The position numbers and the translations under genes were made by a program. DNA of 64,000 bases from positions 61,472,001 to 61,536,000 of the forward strand of contig CP086569.2 of the NCBI GenBank assembly GCA_009914755.4. Reading direction: 5' to 3'. The notes beneath the pieces are model-generated. The model did not search any database, had not been told where the DNA came from, and was given only the letters and a program-made list of their open reading frames with translations. Positions within the stretch are counted from its first letter, which is position 1. Every line of letters starts with the position of its first letter. Source of the DNA: the human T2T-CHM13v2.0 reference genome, Homo sapiens. This document shows positions 43,404-57,606 of this stretch, piece by piece.

Positions 43404-46400
43404 GGAATGGACTGGAAAGCAATGGAATGGAATGGAACTTTCTTGAATGGACTGGAATCAAACGGAATGGAATGCAATGCAATCAAATGGCATGGAATAA
43501 AATAGAATGAAAGAGAATCAAATGGAATTGAATCGAATGGAATCGAATGGATTGGAGAGGAATAGAATGGAATGGAATGGAATTGACTCAAATGGAATGG
43601 ACTAGAATGGAATGGATTCGAATGGAAGGCAAAGGAATGGAATCTATTGGAATGGACTGTAATGGAATGGAATGGAAGGGATTGGAATGGACTCGAATGG
43701 AATGGACTGCAATAGAAAGGATTCGAATGGAATGAAAAAGAATTGAATGGAATAGAACAGAATGGAATCAAATCGAATGAAATGGAATGGAATAGAAAGG
43801 AATGGAATGAAATGGAATGGAAAGGATTCGAATGGAATGCAATCGAATGGAATGGAATCGAACGGAATGGAATAAAATGGAAGAAAACTGGCAAGAAATG
43901 GAATCGAAATGAATGGAGTGTTATGGAACGGACTCAAAAGGAATTGAATGTAATAGAATGGAGTGGAGTGGACTCGAATATAATGGACTGGAATGGAATG
44001 AAATCACATGGAATGGGAACGAATGGAATGGAATGGAAAGGAATGGAATCGAATGGAAAGGAATCGAATGGAAGGGAATGAAATTGAATCAACAGGAATG
44101 GAAGGGAATAGAATAGACGGTAATGGAATGGACTCGAATAGAATGGACACGAATGCTCAAATTGAATGGACTCGAAAGGAATGGAAAGGAAAGGAATGTC
44201 ATCGAATGGAATTGAATCGATTGGAATGAAATCGCATAGAATGGAGTGGAATCAAATGGAATTGAATCGAAAGGAAAGGAAGCGAATGGACTGAAATGTA
44301 ATGGAATGGAATTGAATGGAAATTAATGCAATGGAATAGAATGGAACGAAATTTCACGGAATGGAATCAAACTGAATGGAATCAAATCAATGGAATCTAA
44401 TCAAATGGAATGGAAAGGAATTGAATGGAGTAGATTGGATTGGATGGGATTGGAATGAAATGTACTGGAAAGGACTCGAATTTCATGAAACGGAATGGAA
44501 TGAATTGGAACGGAATGGACTCGAATGGAATGGAATGTCATGGAATGGCATCAAATGGAATGGCATCAAATGGAATGGAATCGAATGCAATGGAATGCTA
44601 TGGAATGGAATGGAATGCATTGGAATGGAATGTCCTCTAATGGAATGGATTCGAGTGGAATGGAATCGAATATAATGGAGTCGAATGAAATGGAATTGAA
44701 AGGAATGGGATCGAATACAATGGAATATACTGGAATGTAATGTAATGAACTCGAATGTAATTGACTGGAATGGAATGTACATGAATGGAATGTAATCGAA
44801 TGGAAAGTAATCCAATGGAATAGAATCTAATGCAATAAAATCGACTCAAATAGAGTAGAATGTAATGGAATGGAGTGCAGTGCAATGGAATGGAATGGAA
44901 TGGAATGCAATGGAATGGAATGGAATGGAATGGAATGGGATGGAATGGTATGGAATGGATAGTAATGGACTGGAGTGAAATGGACTGGAAAGGAATGGAC
45001 TCAAATTGAAAGGGCTCGAAAGGAATGGAGTCAAATGGAATGGTCTGGAATGGAATGAACACGAATGTAATGCAATCCAATAGAATGGAATCGAATGGCA
45101 TGGAATATAAAGAAATGGAATCGAAGAGAATGGAAACAAATGGAGTGGAATTGAATGGAATGGAATTGATTGGAATGGGAACGAATGGAGTGAAATTGTA
45201 TGCAGTAGAAGAGAATAGAATGGAATGCAAGCGAAAGGAATGGAATGGATTGGAATGGAATGGAATTCATTGGAATGGAAGGGAATGTAGTGTAATGGAC
45301 AGGCCTGGAATAAAGTGGAATGCTACGGTCTCGAATGGAATAAAAATGTATGGAATGGAATGCAATGAAACGGAATCAAATGTCATAGAATGTAATGGAA
45401 TGCAAAAAATGGAATCCAAAATCATTGACTGGAAAGGCTGGGTGTCGAAAGGAATTGACTCCAATGGAATGGAATCGAATGGAATGGAAGTGAATAGAAT
45501 CGAACTAAATCGAATGGAATGGAATTGATAGGAACGGAATGGAAAGGAATGCAATGATTTGGCATGGAATGGAATCGAATGGCATCGAATGGAATGGAAT
45601 GGAATGCAATGGAATGGAATGTGTTAGAATGTAATGAACTTTAATGGAATGTACTCGAATGGATTCGACTGGAATGGAATGTTCTGGAAGTGAATGGACT
45701 CCAATGGAATGGATTCAAAAGGAATGGAATCGTACGGAATGGAATCTAATGGAATGGAATTAAATGGAAATGAATCAAATGGAATAGCACGGAATTGAAT
45801 TGAATGGAATCGAATGCAATGGAATCTAATGAAACGGAAAGGAAAGGAATGGAATGGAATGGAATGGGCTGGAATGGAAAGGAATCGAAATGAATGGAAT
45901 GGAATCGAACTGAAGAGACTGGAATGGAATGCACTGGAATGGAAGGGAGTGTAATGGAAGGTTCTCGAAAAAAATGGAATCGAATGGAATGGAATTGAAT
46001 GGAACGGAATAGAGTCGAATGGAATTGAATGGAATGGAATGGACTAGAGTGAAATGGAATAGAACCACAAGGAATGGACAGGAATAGAATAGTCTCGAAT
46101 TGAATGGAATCGTATGGAATGGCATCAAACGGAATGGAATGGATAGCCACGGAATGGAATGCACTCGAATGCAATGGAGTCGAAACTAATGGACTGGAAT
46201 AGAATGGACTCGACTGGTACGGACTCCAATGGAATGGAATCGAATGGAAGGGAATCGAATGGAATGGACTCGAAGGGAAAAGACTGCAATGGAAAGGTCT
46301 CGAATGGAATGGAAATTAATGGAATGGAATGGAATCGAATGAAATGGAGTCAAAAGGAATGGAATCGAATGGCAAGAAATCGAATGTAATGGAATCGCAA

Positions 46401-46951
46401 GGAATTGATGTGAACGGAACAGAATGGAATGGAATCCAAAGGAATGGAATAGAATGGAATGGAATCGAATGGAAAGGACTCGAATGGAAATCACTCGAAT
46501 AGAATGCAATTTAATAAAATAGGATCAAATGTAATGGAATGGAATGGAAAGGAATCGAAACGAAAGGAATGGAGACAGATGGAATGGAATGGAACAGAGA
46601 GCAATGGTATAGAATGGAATGGAATCATGTGGAAGGGAATTGAATGGAATGGAATAATATGAAATGGAATGGAATGGAATGGAATGGAATGCCCTTGAAT
46701 TAAATGGACTGGAAGGGAATGGACTCGAACAGAGTGGAATGGAAAGTGTTGAGATAGAATGGAATGGACTCCTTTGGAATGGTGTAGTATGCAATGCAAT
46801 CGACTGGCAGGGAATCAAAAGGAATGTAATGGAATGGATTGGACTGGAATGCAATGGACTCGAATAGATTGGAAACGGAATGCAAAGGAATGGAATGGAA
46901 TAGTATGGAATGGAATGGAAAGGAATGGAGTGGAATAGACTAGAGTGGAAT
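43404..46951 (+). repeat. HOR unit 13 (3548 bp)
   Basis: Anchor at 43404; next at 46952. Confidence 0.85.
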
Positions 46952-49900
46952 GGAATGAACTGGAAAGCAATGGACTGGAATGGAACTTTCTTGAATGGAC
47001 TGGAATCAAACGGAATGGAATGCAATGCAATCAAATGGCATGGAATAAAATAGAATGAAAGAGAATCAAATGGAATTGAATCGAATGGAATCGAATGGAT
47101 TGGAAAGGAATAGAATGGAATGGAATGGAATTGACTCAAATGGAATGGACTAGAATGGAATTTATTCGAATGGAAGGCAAAGGAATGGAATCTATTGGAA
47201 TGGACTGTAATGGAATGGAATGGAAGGGATTGGAATGGACTCGAATGGAATGGACTGCAATAGAAAGGATTCGAATGGAATGAAAAAGAATTGAATGGAA
47301 TAGAACAGAATGGAATCAAATCGAATGAAATGGAATGGAATAGAAAGGAATGGAATGAAATGGAATGGAAAGGATTCGAATGGAATGCAATCGAATGGAA
47401 TGGAATCGAACGGAATGGAATAAAATGGAAGAAAACTGGCAAGAAATGGAATCGAAATGAATGGAGTGTTATGGAACGGACTCAAAAGGAATTGAATGTA
47501 ATAGAATGGAGTGGAGTGGACTCGAATATAATGGACTGGAATGGAATGAAATCACATGGAATGGGAACGAATGGAATGGAATGGAAAGGAATGGAATCGA
47601 ATGGAAAGGAATCGAATGGAAGGGAATGAAATTGAATCAACAGGAATGGAAGGGAATAGAATAGACGGTAATGGAATGGACTCGAATAGAATGGACACGA
47701 ATGCTCAAATTGAATGGACTCGAAAGGAATGGAAAGGAAAGGAATGTCATCGAATGGAATTGAATCGATTGGAATGAAATCGCATAGAATGGAGTGGAAT
47801 CAAATGGAATTGAATCGAAAGGAAAGGAAGCGAATGGACTGAAATGAAATGGAATGGAATTGAATGGAAATTAATGCAATGGAATAGAATGGAACGAAAT
47901 TTCACGGAATGGAATCAAACTGAATGGAATCAAATCAATGGAATCTAATCAAATGGAATGGAAAGGAATTGAATGGAGTAGATTGGATTGGATGGGATTG
48001 GAATGAAATGTACTGGAAAGGACTCGAATTTCATGAAACGGAATGGAATGAATTGGAACGGAATGGACTCGAATGGAATGGAATGTCATGGAATGGCATC
48101 AAATGGAATGGCATCAAATGGAATGGAATCGAATGCAATGGAATGCTATGGAATGGAATGGAATGCATTGGAATGGAATGTCCTCTAATGGAATGGATTC
48201 GAGTGGAATGGAATCGAATATAATGGAGTCGAATGAAATGGAATTGAAAGGAATGGGATCGAATACAATGGAATATACTGGAATGTAATGTAATGAACTC
48301 GAATGTAATTGACTGGAATGGAATGTACATGAATGGAATGTAATCGAATGGAAAGTAATCCAATGGAATAGAATCTAATGCAATAAAATCGACTCAAATA
48401 GAGTAGAATATAATGGAATGGAGTGCAGTGCAATGGAATGGAATGGAATGGAATGCAATGGAATGGAATGGAATGGAATGGAATGGGATGGAATGGTATG
48501 GAATGGATAGTAATGGACTGGAGTGAAATGGACTGGAAAGGAATGGACTCAAATTGAAAGGGCTCGAAAGGAATGGAGTCAAATGGAATGGTCTGGAATG
48601 GAATGAACAGGAATGTAATGCAATCCAATAGAATGGAATCGAATGGCATGGAATATAAAGAAATGGAATCGAAGAGAATGGAAACAAATGGAATGGAATT
48701 GAATGGAATGGAATTGAATGGAATGGGAACGAATGGAGTGAAATTGTATGCAGTAGAAGAGAATAGAATGGAATGCAAGCGAAAGGAAAGGAATGGATTG
48801 GAATGGAATGGAATTCATTGGAATGGAAGGGAATGTAGTGTAATGGACAGGCCTGGAATAAAGTGGAATGCTACGGTCTCGAATGGAATAAAAATGTATG
48901 GAATGGAATGCAATGAAACGGAATCGAATGTCATAGAATGTACTGGAATGCAAAAAATGGAATCCAAAATCATTGACTGGAAAGGCTGGGTGTTGAAAGG
49001 AATTGACTCCAATGGAATGGAATCGAATGGAATGGAAGTGAATAGAATCGAACTAAATCGAATGGAATGGAATTGATAGGAACGGAATGGAAAGGAATGC
49101 AATGATTTGGCATGGAATGGAATCGAATGGCATCGAATGGAATGGAATGGAATGCAATGGAATGGAATGTGTTAGAATGTAATGAACTTTAATGGAATGT
49201 ACTCGAATGGATTCGACTGGAATGGAATGTTCTGGAAGTGAATGGACTCCAATGGAATGGATTCAAAAGGAATGGAATCGTACGGAATGGAATCTAATGG
49301 AATGGAATTAAATGGAAATGAATCAAATGGAATAGCACGGAATTGAATTGAATGGAATCGAATGCAATGGAATCTAATGAAACGGAAAGGAAAGGAATGG
49401 AATGGAATGGAATGGGCTGGAATGGAAAGGAATGGAAATGAATGGAATGGAATCGAACTGAAGAGACTGGAATGGAATGCACTGGAATGGAAGGGAGTGT
49501 AATGGAAGGTTCTCGAAAAAAATGGAATCGAATGGAATGGAATTGAATGGAACGGAATAGAGTCGAATGGAATTGAATGGAATGGAATGGACTAGAGTGA
49601 AATGGAATAGAACCACAAGGAATGGACAGGAATAGAATAGTCTCGAATTGAATGGAATCGTATGGAATGGCATCAAACGGAATGGAATGGATAGCCACGG
49701 AATGGAATGCACTCGAATGCAATGGAGTCGAAACTAATGGACTGGAATAGAATGAACTCGACTGGTACGGACTCCAATGGAATGGAATCGAATGGAATGG
49801 AATCGAATGGAATGGACTCGAAGGGAAAAGACTGCAATGGAAAGGTCTCGAATGGAATGGAAATTAATGGAATGGAATGGAATCGAATGAAATGGAGTCA

Positions 49901-50514
49901 AAAGGAATGGAATCGAATGGCAAGAAATCGAATGTAATGGAATGGCAAGGAATTGATGTGAACGGAACGGAATGGAATGGAATCCAAAGGAATGGAATAG
50001 AATGGAATGGAATCGAATGGAAAGGACTCGAATGGAAATCACTCGAATAGAATGCAATTTAATAAAATAGGATCAAATGGAATGGATTGGAATGGAAAGG
50101 AATCGAAACGAAAGGAATGGAGACAGATGGAATGGAATGGAACAGAGAGCAATGGTATAGAATGGAATGGAATCATCTGGAATGGAATTGAATGGAATGG
50201 AATAATATGAAATGGAATGGAATGGAATGGAATGGAATGGAATGGAATGGAATGCCCTTGAATTAAATGGACTGGAATGGAATGGCCTCGAACAGAGTGG
50301 AATGGAAAGTGTTGAGACAGAATGCAATGGACTCCTTCGGAATGGTGTAGTATGCAATGCAATCGACTGGCAGGGAATCAAATGGAATGTAATCGAATGG
50401 ATTGGACTGGAATGCAATGGACTCGAATAGATTGGAAACGGAATGCAAAGGAATGGAATGGAATAGTATGGAATGGAATGGAAAGGAATGGAGTGGAATA
50501 GACTAGAGTGGAAT
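46952..50514 (+). repeat. HOR unit 14 (3563 bp). Contains an expanded pure pentamer run at ~50206–50256.
   Basis: Anchor at 46952 (variant ggaatgaact); next at 50515. Confidence 0.8.
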
Positions 50515-53500
50515 GGAATGGACTGGAAAGCAATGGACTGGAATGGAACTTTCTTGAATGGACTGGAATCAAACGGAATGGAATGCAATGCAATCAAATG
50601 GCATGGAATAAAATAGAATGAAAGAGAATCAAATGGAATTGAATCGAATGGAATCGAATGGATTGGAAAGGAATAGAATGGAATGGAATGGAATTGACTC
50701 AAATGGAATGGACTAGAATGGAATGGATTCGAATGGAAGGCAAAGGAATGGAATCTATTGGAATGGACTGTAATGGAATGGAATGGAAGGGATTGGAATG
50801 GAGTCGAATGGAATGGACTGCAATAGAAAGGATTCGAATGGAATGAAAAAGAATTGAATGGAATAGAACAGAATGGAATCAAATCGAATGAAATGGAATG
50901 GAATAGAAAGGAATGGAATGAAATGGAACGGAAAGGATTCGAATGGAATGCAATCGAATTTAATGGAATCGAACGGAATGGAATAAAATGGAAGAAAACT
51001 GGCAAGAAATGGAATCGAAATGGATGGAGTGTTATGGAACGGACTCAAAAGGAATTGAATGTAATAGAATGGAGTGGAGTGGACTCGAATATAATGGACT
51101 GGAATGGAATGAAATCACATGGAATGGGAACGAATGGAATGGAATGGAAAGGAATGGAATCGAATGGAAAGGAATCGAATGGAAGGGAATGAAATTGAAT
51201 CAACAGGATTGGAAGGGAATAGAATAGACGGTAATGGAATGGACTCGAATAGAATGGACACGAATGCTCAAATTGAATGGACTCCAATGCAATGGAAACG
51301 AAAGGAATGTCATCGAATGGAATTGAATCGATTGGAATGAAATCGCAAGAATGGAGTGGAATCAAATGAAATTGAATCGAAAGGAAAGGAAGCGAATGGA
51401 CTGAAATGAAATGGAATGGAATTGAATGGAAAGTAATGCAATGGAATAGAATGGAACGAAATTTCACGGAATGGAATCAAACTGAAAGGAATCAAATCAA
51501 TGGAATCTAATCAAATGGAATGGAAAGGAATTGAATGGAGTAGATTGGATTGGATGGGATTGGAGTGAAATGTACTGGAAAGGACTCGAATTTCATGAAA
51601 CGGAATGGAATGAATTGGAACGGAATGGACTCGAATGGAATGGAATGTCATGGAATGGCATCAAATGGAATGGCATCAAATGGAATGGAATCGAATGCAA
51701 TGGAATGCTATGGAATGGAATGGAATGCATTGGAATGGAATGTCCTCTAATGGAATGGATTCGAGTGGAATGGAATCGAATATAATGGAGTCGAATGAAA
51801 TGGAATTGAAAGGAATGGGATCGAATACAATGGAATATACTGGAATGTAATGTAATGAACTCGAATGTAATTGACTGGAATGGAATGTACATGAATGGAA
51901 TGTAATCGAATGGAAAGTAATCCAATGGAATAGAATCTAATGCAATAAAATCGACTCAGATAGAGTAGAATGTAATGGAATGGAGTGCAGTGGAATGGAA
52001 TGGAATGGAATGGAATGCAATGGAATGGAATGGAATGGAATGGAATGGGATGGAATGGTATGGAATGGATAGTAATGGACTGGAGTGAAATGGACTGGAA
52101 AGGAATGGACTCAAATTGAAAGGGCTCGAAAGGAATGGAGTCAAATGGAATGGTCTGGAATGGAATGAACACGAATGTAATGCAATCCAATAGAATGGAA
52201 TCGAATGGCATGGAATATAAAGAAATGGAATCGAAGAGAATGGAAACAAATGGAATGGAATTGAATGGAATGGAATTGAATGGAATGGGAACGAATGGAG
52301 TGAAATTGTATGCAGTAGAAGAGAATAGAATGGAATGCAAGCGAAAGGAAAGGAATGGATTAGAATGGAATGGAATTCATTGGAATGGAAGGGAATGTAG
52401 TGTAATGGACAGGCCTGGAATAAAGTGGAATGCTACGGTCTCGAATGGAATAAAAATGTATGGAATGGAATGCAATGAAACGGAATCGAATGTCATAGAA
52501 TGTAATGGAATGCAAAGAAATGGAATCCAAAAACATTGACTGGAAAGGCTGGGTGTCGAAAGGAATTGACTCCAATGGAATGGAATCGAATGGAATGGAA
52601 GTGAATAGAATCGAAGTAAATCGAATGGAATGGAATTGATAGGAACGGAATGGAAAGGAATGCAATGATTTGGCATGGAATGGAATCGAATGGCATCGAA
52701 TGGAATGGAATGGAATGCAATGGAATGGAATGTATTAGAAAGTAATGAACTTTAATGGAATGTACTCGAATGGATTCGACTGGAATGGAATGTTCTGGAA
52801 GTGAATGGACTCTAATGGAATGGATTCAAAAGGAATGGAATCGTACGGAATGGAATCTAATGGAATGGAATTAAATGGAAATGAATCAAATTGAATAGCA
52901 CGGAATTGAATTGAATGGAATGGAATGCAATGGAATCTAATGAAACGGAAAGGAAAGGAATGGAATGGAATGGAATGGGCTGGAATGGAAAGGAATCGAA
53001 ACGAATGGAATGGAATCGAACTGAAGAGACTGGAATGGAATGCACTGGAATGGAAGGGAGTGTAATGGAAGGTTCTCGAAAAAAATGGAATCGAATGGAA
53101 TGTAATTGAATGGAACGGAATAGAGTCGAATGGAATTGAATGGAATGGAATGGACTAGAGTGAAATGGAATCGAACCACAAGGAATGGACAGGAATAGAA
53201 TGGTCTCGAATTGAATGGAATCGTATGGAATGGCATCAAACGGAATGGAATGGACAGCCACGGAATGGAATGCACTCGAATGCAATGGAGTCGAAACTAA
53301 TGGACTGGAATAGAATGGACTCGACTGGTACGGACTCCAATGGAATGGAATCGAATGGAAGGGAATCGAACGGAATGGACTCGAGGGGAAAAGACTGCAA
53401 TGGAAAGGTCTCGAATGGAATGGAAATTAATGGAATGGAATGGAATCGAATGAAATGGAGTCAAAAGGAATGGAATCGAATGGCAAGAAATCGAATGTAA

Positions 53501-54047
53501 TGGAATCGCAAGGAATTGATGTGAATGGAGCGGAATGGAATGGAATCCAAAGGAATGGAATAGAATGGAAAGGACTCGAATGGAAATCACTCGAATAGAA
53601 TGCAATTTAATAAAATAGGATCAAATGTAATGGAATGGAATGGAAAGGAATCGAAACGAAAGGAATGGAGACAGATGGAATGGAATGGAACAGAGAGCAA
53701 TGGTATAGAATGGAATGGAATCATCTGGAATGGAATTGAATGGAATGGAATAATATGAAATGGAATGGAATGGAATGGAATGGAATGCCCTTGAATTAAA
53801 TGGACTGGAATGGAATGGACTCGAACAGAGTGGAATGGAAAGTGTTGAGATAGAATGGAATGGACTCCTTTGGAATGGTGTAGTATGCAATGCAATCGAC
53901 TGGCAGGGAATCAAAAGGAATGTAATGGAATGGATTGGACTGGAATGCAATGGACTCGAATAGATTGGAAACGGAATGCAAAGGAATGGAATGGAATAGT
54001 ATGGAATGGAATGGAAAGGAATGGAGTGGAATAGACTAGAGTGGAAT
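50515..54047 (+). repeat. HOR unit 15 (3533 bp). Has a 15-bp deletion at ~53521–53580.
   Basis: Anchor at 50515; next at ~54048 (variant ggagtggact). Confidence 0.8.
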
Positions 54048-57000
54048 GGAGTGGACTGGAAAGCAATGGACTGGAATGGAACTTTCTTGAGTGGACTGGA
54101 ATCAAACGGAATAGAATGCAATGCAATCAAATGGCATGGAATAAAATAGAATGAAAGAGAATCAAATGGAATTGAATCGAATGGAATCGAATGGATTGGA
54201 AAGGAATAGAATGGAATGGAATGGAATTGACTCAGATGGAATGGATTCGAATGGAATGGATTCGAATGGAAGGCAAAGGAATGGAATCTATTGGAATGGA
54301 CTGTAATGGAATGGAAGGGAATGGAATGGAAAGGATTGGAATGGACTCGAATGGAATGGACTGCAATAGAAAGGATTCGAATGGAATGAAAAAGAATTGA
54401 ATGGAATAGAACAGAATGGAATCAAATCGAATGAAATGGAATGGAATAGAAAGGAATGGAATGAAATGGAATGGAAAGGATTCGAATGGAATGCAATCGA
54501 ATGGAATGGAATCGAACGGAATGGAATAAAATGGAAGAAAACTGGCAAGAAATGGAATCGAAATGAATGGAGTGTTATGGAACGGACTCAAAAGGAATTG
54601 AATGTAATAGAATGGAGTGGAGTGGACTCGAATATAATGGACTGGAATGGAATGAAATCACATGGAATGGGAACGAATGGAATGGAATGGAAAGGAATGG
54701 AATCGAATGGAAAGGAATCGAATGGAAGGGAATGAAATTGAATCAACAGGAATGGAAGGGAATAGAATAGACGGTAATGGAATGGACTCGAATAGAATGG
54801 ACACGAATGCTGAAATTGAATGGACTCGAATGGAACGGAAACGAAAGGAATGTCATCGAATGGAATTGAATCGATTGGAATGAAATCGCATAGAATGGAG
54901 TGGAATCAAATGGAATTGAATCGAAAGGAAAGGGAGCGAATGGACTGAAATGAAATGGAATGGAATTGAATGGAAAGTAATGCAGTGGAATAGAATGGAA
55001 CGAAATTTCACGGAATGGAATCAAACTGAATGGAATCAAATCAATGGAATCTAATCAAATGGAATGGAAAGGAATTGAATGGAGTAGATTGGATTGGATG
55101 GGATTGGAATGAAATGTACTGGAAAGGACTCGAATTTCATGAAACGGAATGGAATGAATTGGAACGGAATGGACTCGAATGGAATGGAATGTCATGGAAT
55201 GGCATCAAATGGAATGGCATCAAATGGAATGGAATCGAATGCAATGGAATGCTATGGAATGGAATGGAATGCATTGGAATGGAATGTCCTCTAATGGAAT
55301 GGATTCGAGTGGAATGGAATCGAATATAATGGTGTCGAATGAAATGGAATTGAAAAGAATGGGATCGAATACAATGGAATATACTGGAATGTAATGTAAT
55401 GAACTCGAATGTAACTGACTGGAATGGAATTTACATGAATGGAATGTAATCGAATGGAAAGTAATCCAATGGAATAGAATCTAATGCAATAAAATCGACT
55501 CAGATAGAGTAGAATGTAATGGAATGGAGTGCAGTGCAATGGAATGGAATGGAATGGAATGCAATGGAATGGAATGGAATGGAATGGAATGGGATGGAAT
55601 GGTATGGAATGGATAGTAATGGACTGGAGTGAAATGGACTGGAAAGGTATGGACTCAAATTGAAAGGGCTCGAAAGGAATGGAGTCAAATGGAATGGTCT
55701 GGAATGGAATGAACACGAATGTAATGCAATCCAATAGAATGGAATCGAATGGCATGGAATATAAAGAAATGGAATCGAAGAGAATGGAAACAAATGGAAT
55801 GGAAGTGAATGGAATGGAATTGAATGGAATGGGAACGAATGGAGTGAAATTGTATGCAGTAGAAGAGAATAGAATGGAATGCAAGCGAAAGGAAAGGAAT
55901 GGATTGGAATGGAATGGAATTCATTGGAATGGAAGGGAATGTAGTTTAATGGACAGGCCTGGAATAAAGTGGAATGCTACGGTCTCGAATGGAATAAAAA
56001 TGTATGGAATGGAATGCAATGAAACGGAATCGAATGTCATAGAATGTAATGGAATGCAAAAAAATGGAATCCAAAATCATTGACTGGAAAGGCTGGGTGT
56101 CGAAAGGAATTGACTCCAATGGAATGGAATCGAATGGAATGGAAGTGAATAGAATCGAACTAAATCGAATGGAATGGAATTGATAGGAACGGAATGGAAA
56201 GGAATGCAATGATTTGGCATGGAATGGAATCGAATGGCATCGAATGGAATGGAATGGAATGCAATGGAATGGAATGTATTAGAATGTAATGAACTTTAAT
56301 GGAATGTACTCGAATGGATTCGACTGGAATGGAATGTTCTGGAAGTGAATGGACTCCAATGGAATGGATTCAAAAGGAATGGAATCGTACGGAATGGAAA
56401 CTAATGGAATGGAATTAAATGGAAATGAATCAAATTGAATAGCACGGAATAGAATTGAATGGAATCGAATGCAATGGAATCTAATGAAACGGAAAGGAAA
56501 GGAATGCAATGGAATGGAATGGGCTGGAATGGAACGGAATCGAAACGAATGGAATGGAATCGAACTGAAGAGACTGGAATGGAATCCACTGGAATGGAAG
56601 GGAGTGTAATGGAAGGTTCTCGAAAAAAATGGAATCGAATGGAATGGAATTGAATGGAACGGAATAGAGTCGAATGGAATTGAATGGAATGGAATGGACT
56701 AGAGTGAAATGGAATCGAACCACAAGGAATGGACAGGAATAGAATGGTCTCGAATTGAATGGAATCGTATGGAATGGCATCAAACGGAATGGAATGGACA
56801 GCCACGGAATGGAATGCACTCGAATGCAATGGAGTCGAAACTAAAGGACTGGAATAGAATGGACTCGACTGGTACGGACTCCAATGGAATGGAATCGAAT
56901 GGAAGGGAATCGAACGGAATGGACTCGAAGGGATAAGATTGCAATGGAAAGGTCTCGAATGGAGTGGAAATTAATGGAATGGAATGGAATCGAATGAAAT

Positions 57001-57606
57001 GGAGTCAAAAGGAATGGAATCGAATGGCAAGAAATCGAATGTAATGGAATCGCAAGGAATTGATGTGAACGGAACGGAATGGAATGGAATCCAAAGGAAT
57101 GGAATAGAATGGAATGGAATCGAATGGAAAGGACTCGAATGGAAATCACTCGAATAGAATGCAATTTAATAAAATAGGATCAAATGTAATGGAATGGAAT
57201 GGAAAGGAATCGAAACGAAAGGAATGGAGACAGATGGAATGGAATGGAACAGAGAGCAATGGTATAGAATGGAATGGAATCATCTGGAATGGAATTGAAT
57301 GGAATGGAATAATATGAAATGGAATGGAATGGAATGGAATGGAATGCCCTTGAATTAAATGGACTGGAATGGACTGGACTCGAACAGAGTGGAATGGAAA
57401 GTGTTGAGATAGAATGGAATGGACTCCTTTGGAATGGTCTAGTATGCAATGCAATCGACTGGCAGGGAATCAAAAGGAATGTAATGGAATGGATTGGACT
57501 GGAATGCAATGGACTCGAATAGATTGGAAACGGAATACAAAGGAATGGAATGGAATAGTATGGAATGGAATGGAAAGGAATGGAGTGGAATAGACTAGAG
57601 TGGAAT
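54048..57606 (+). repeat. HOR unit 16 (3559 bp). Has a small local rearrangement at ~54236–54330.
   Basis: Anchor at ~54048; next at 57607. Confidence 0.8.
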
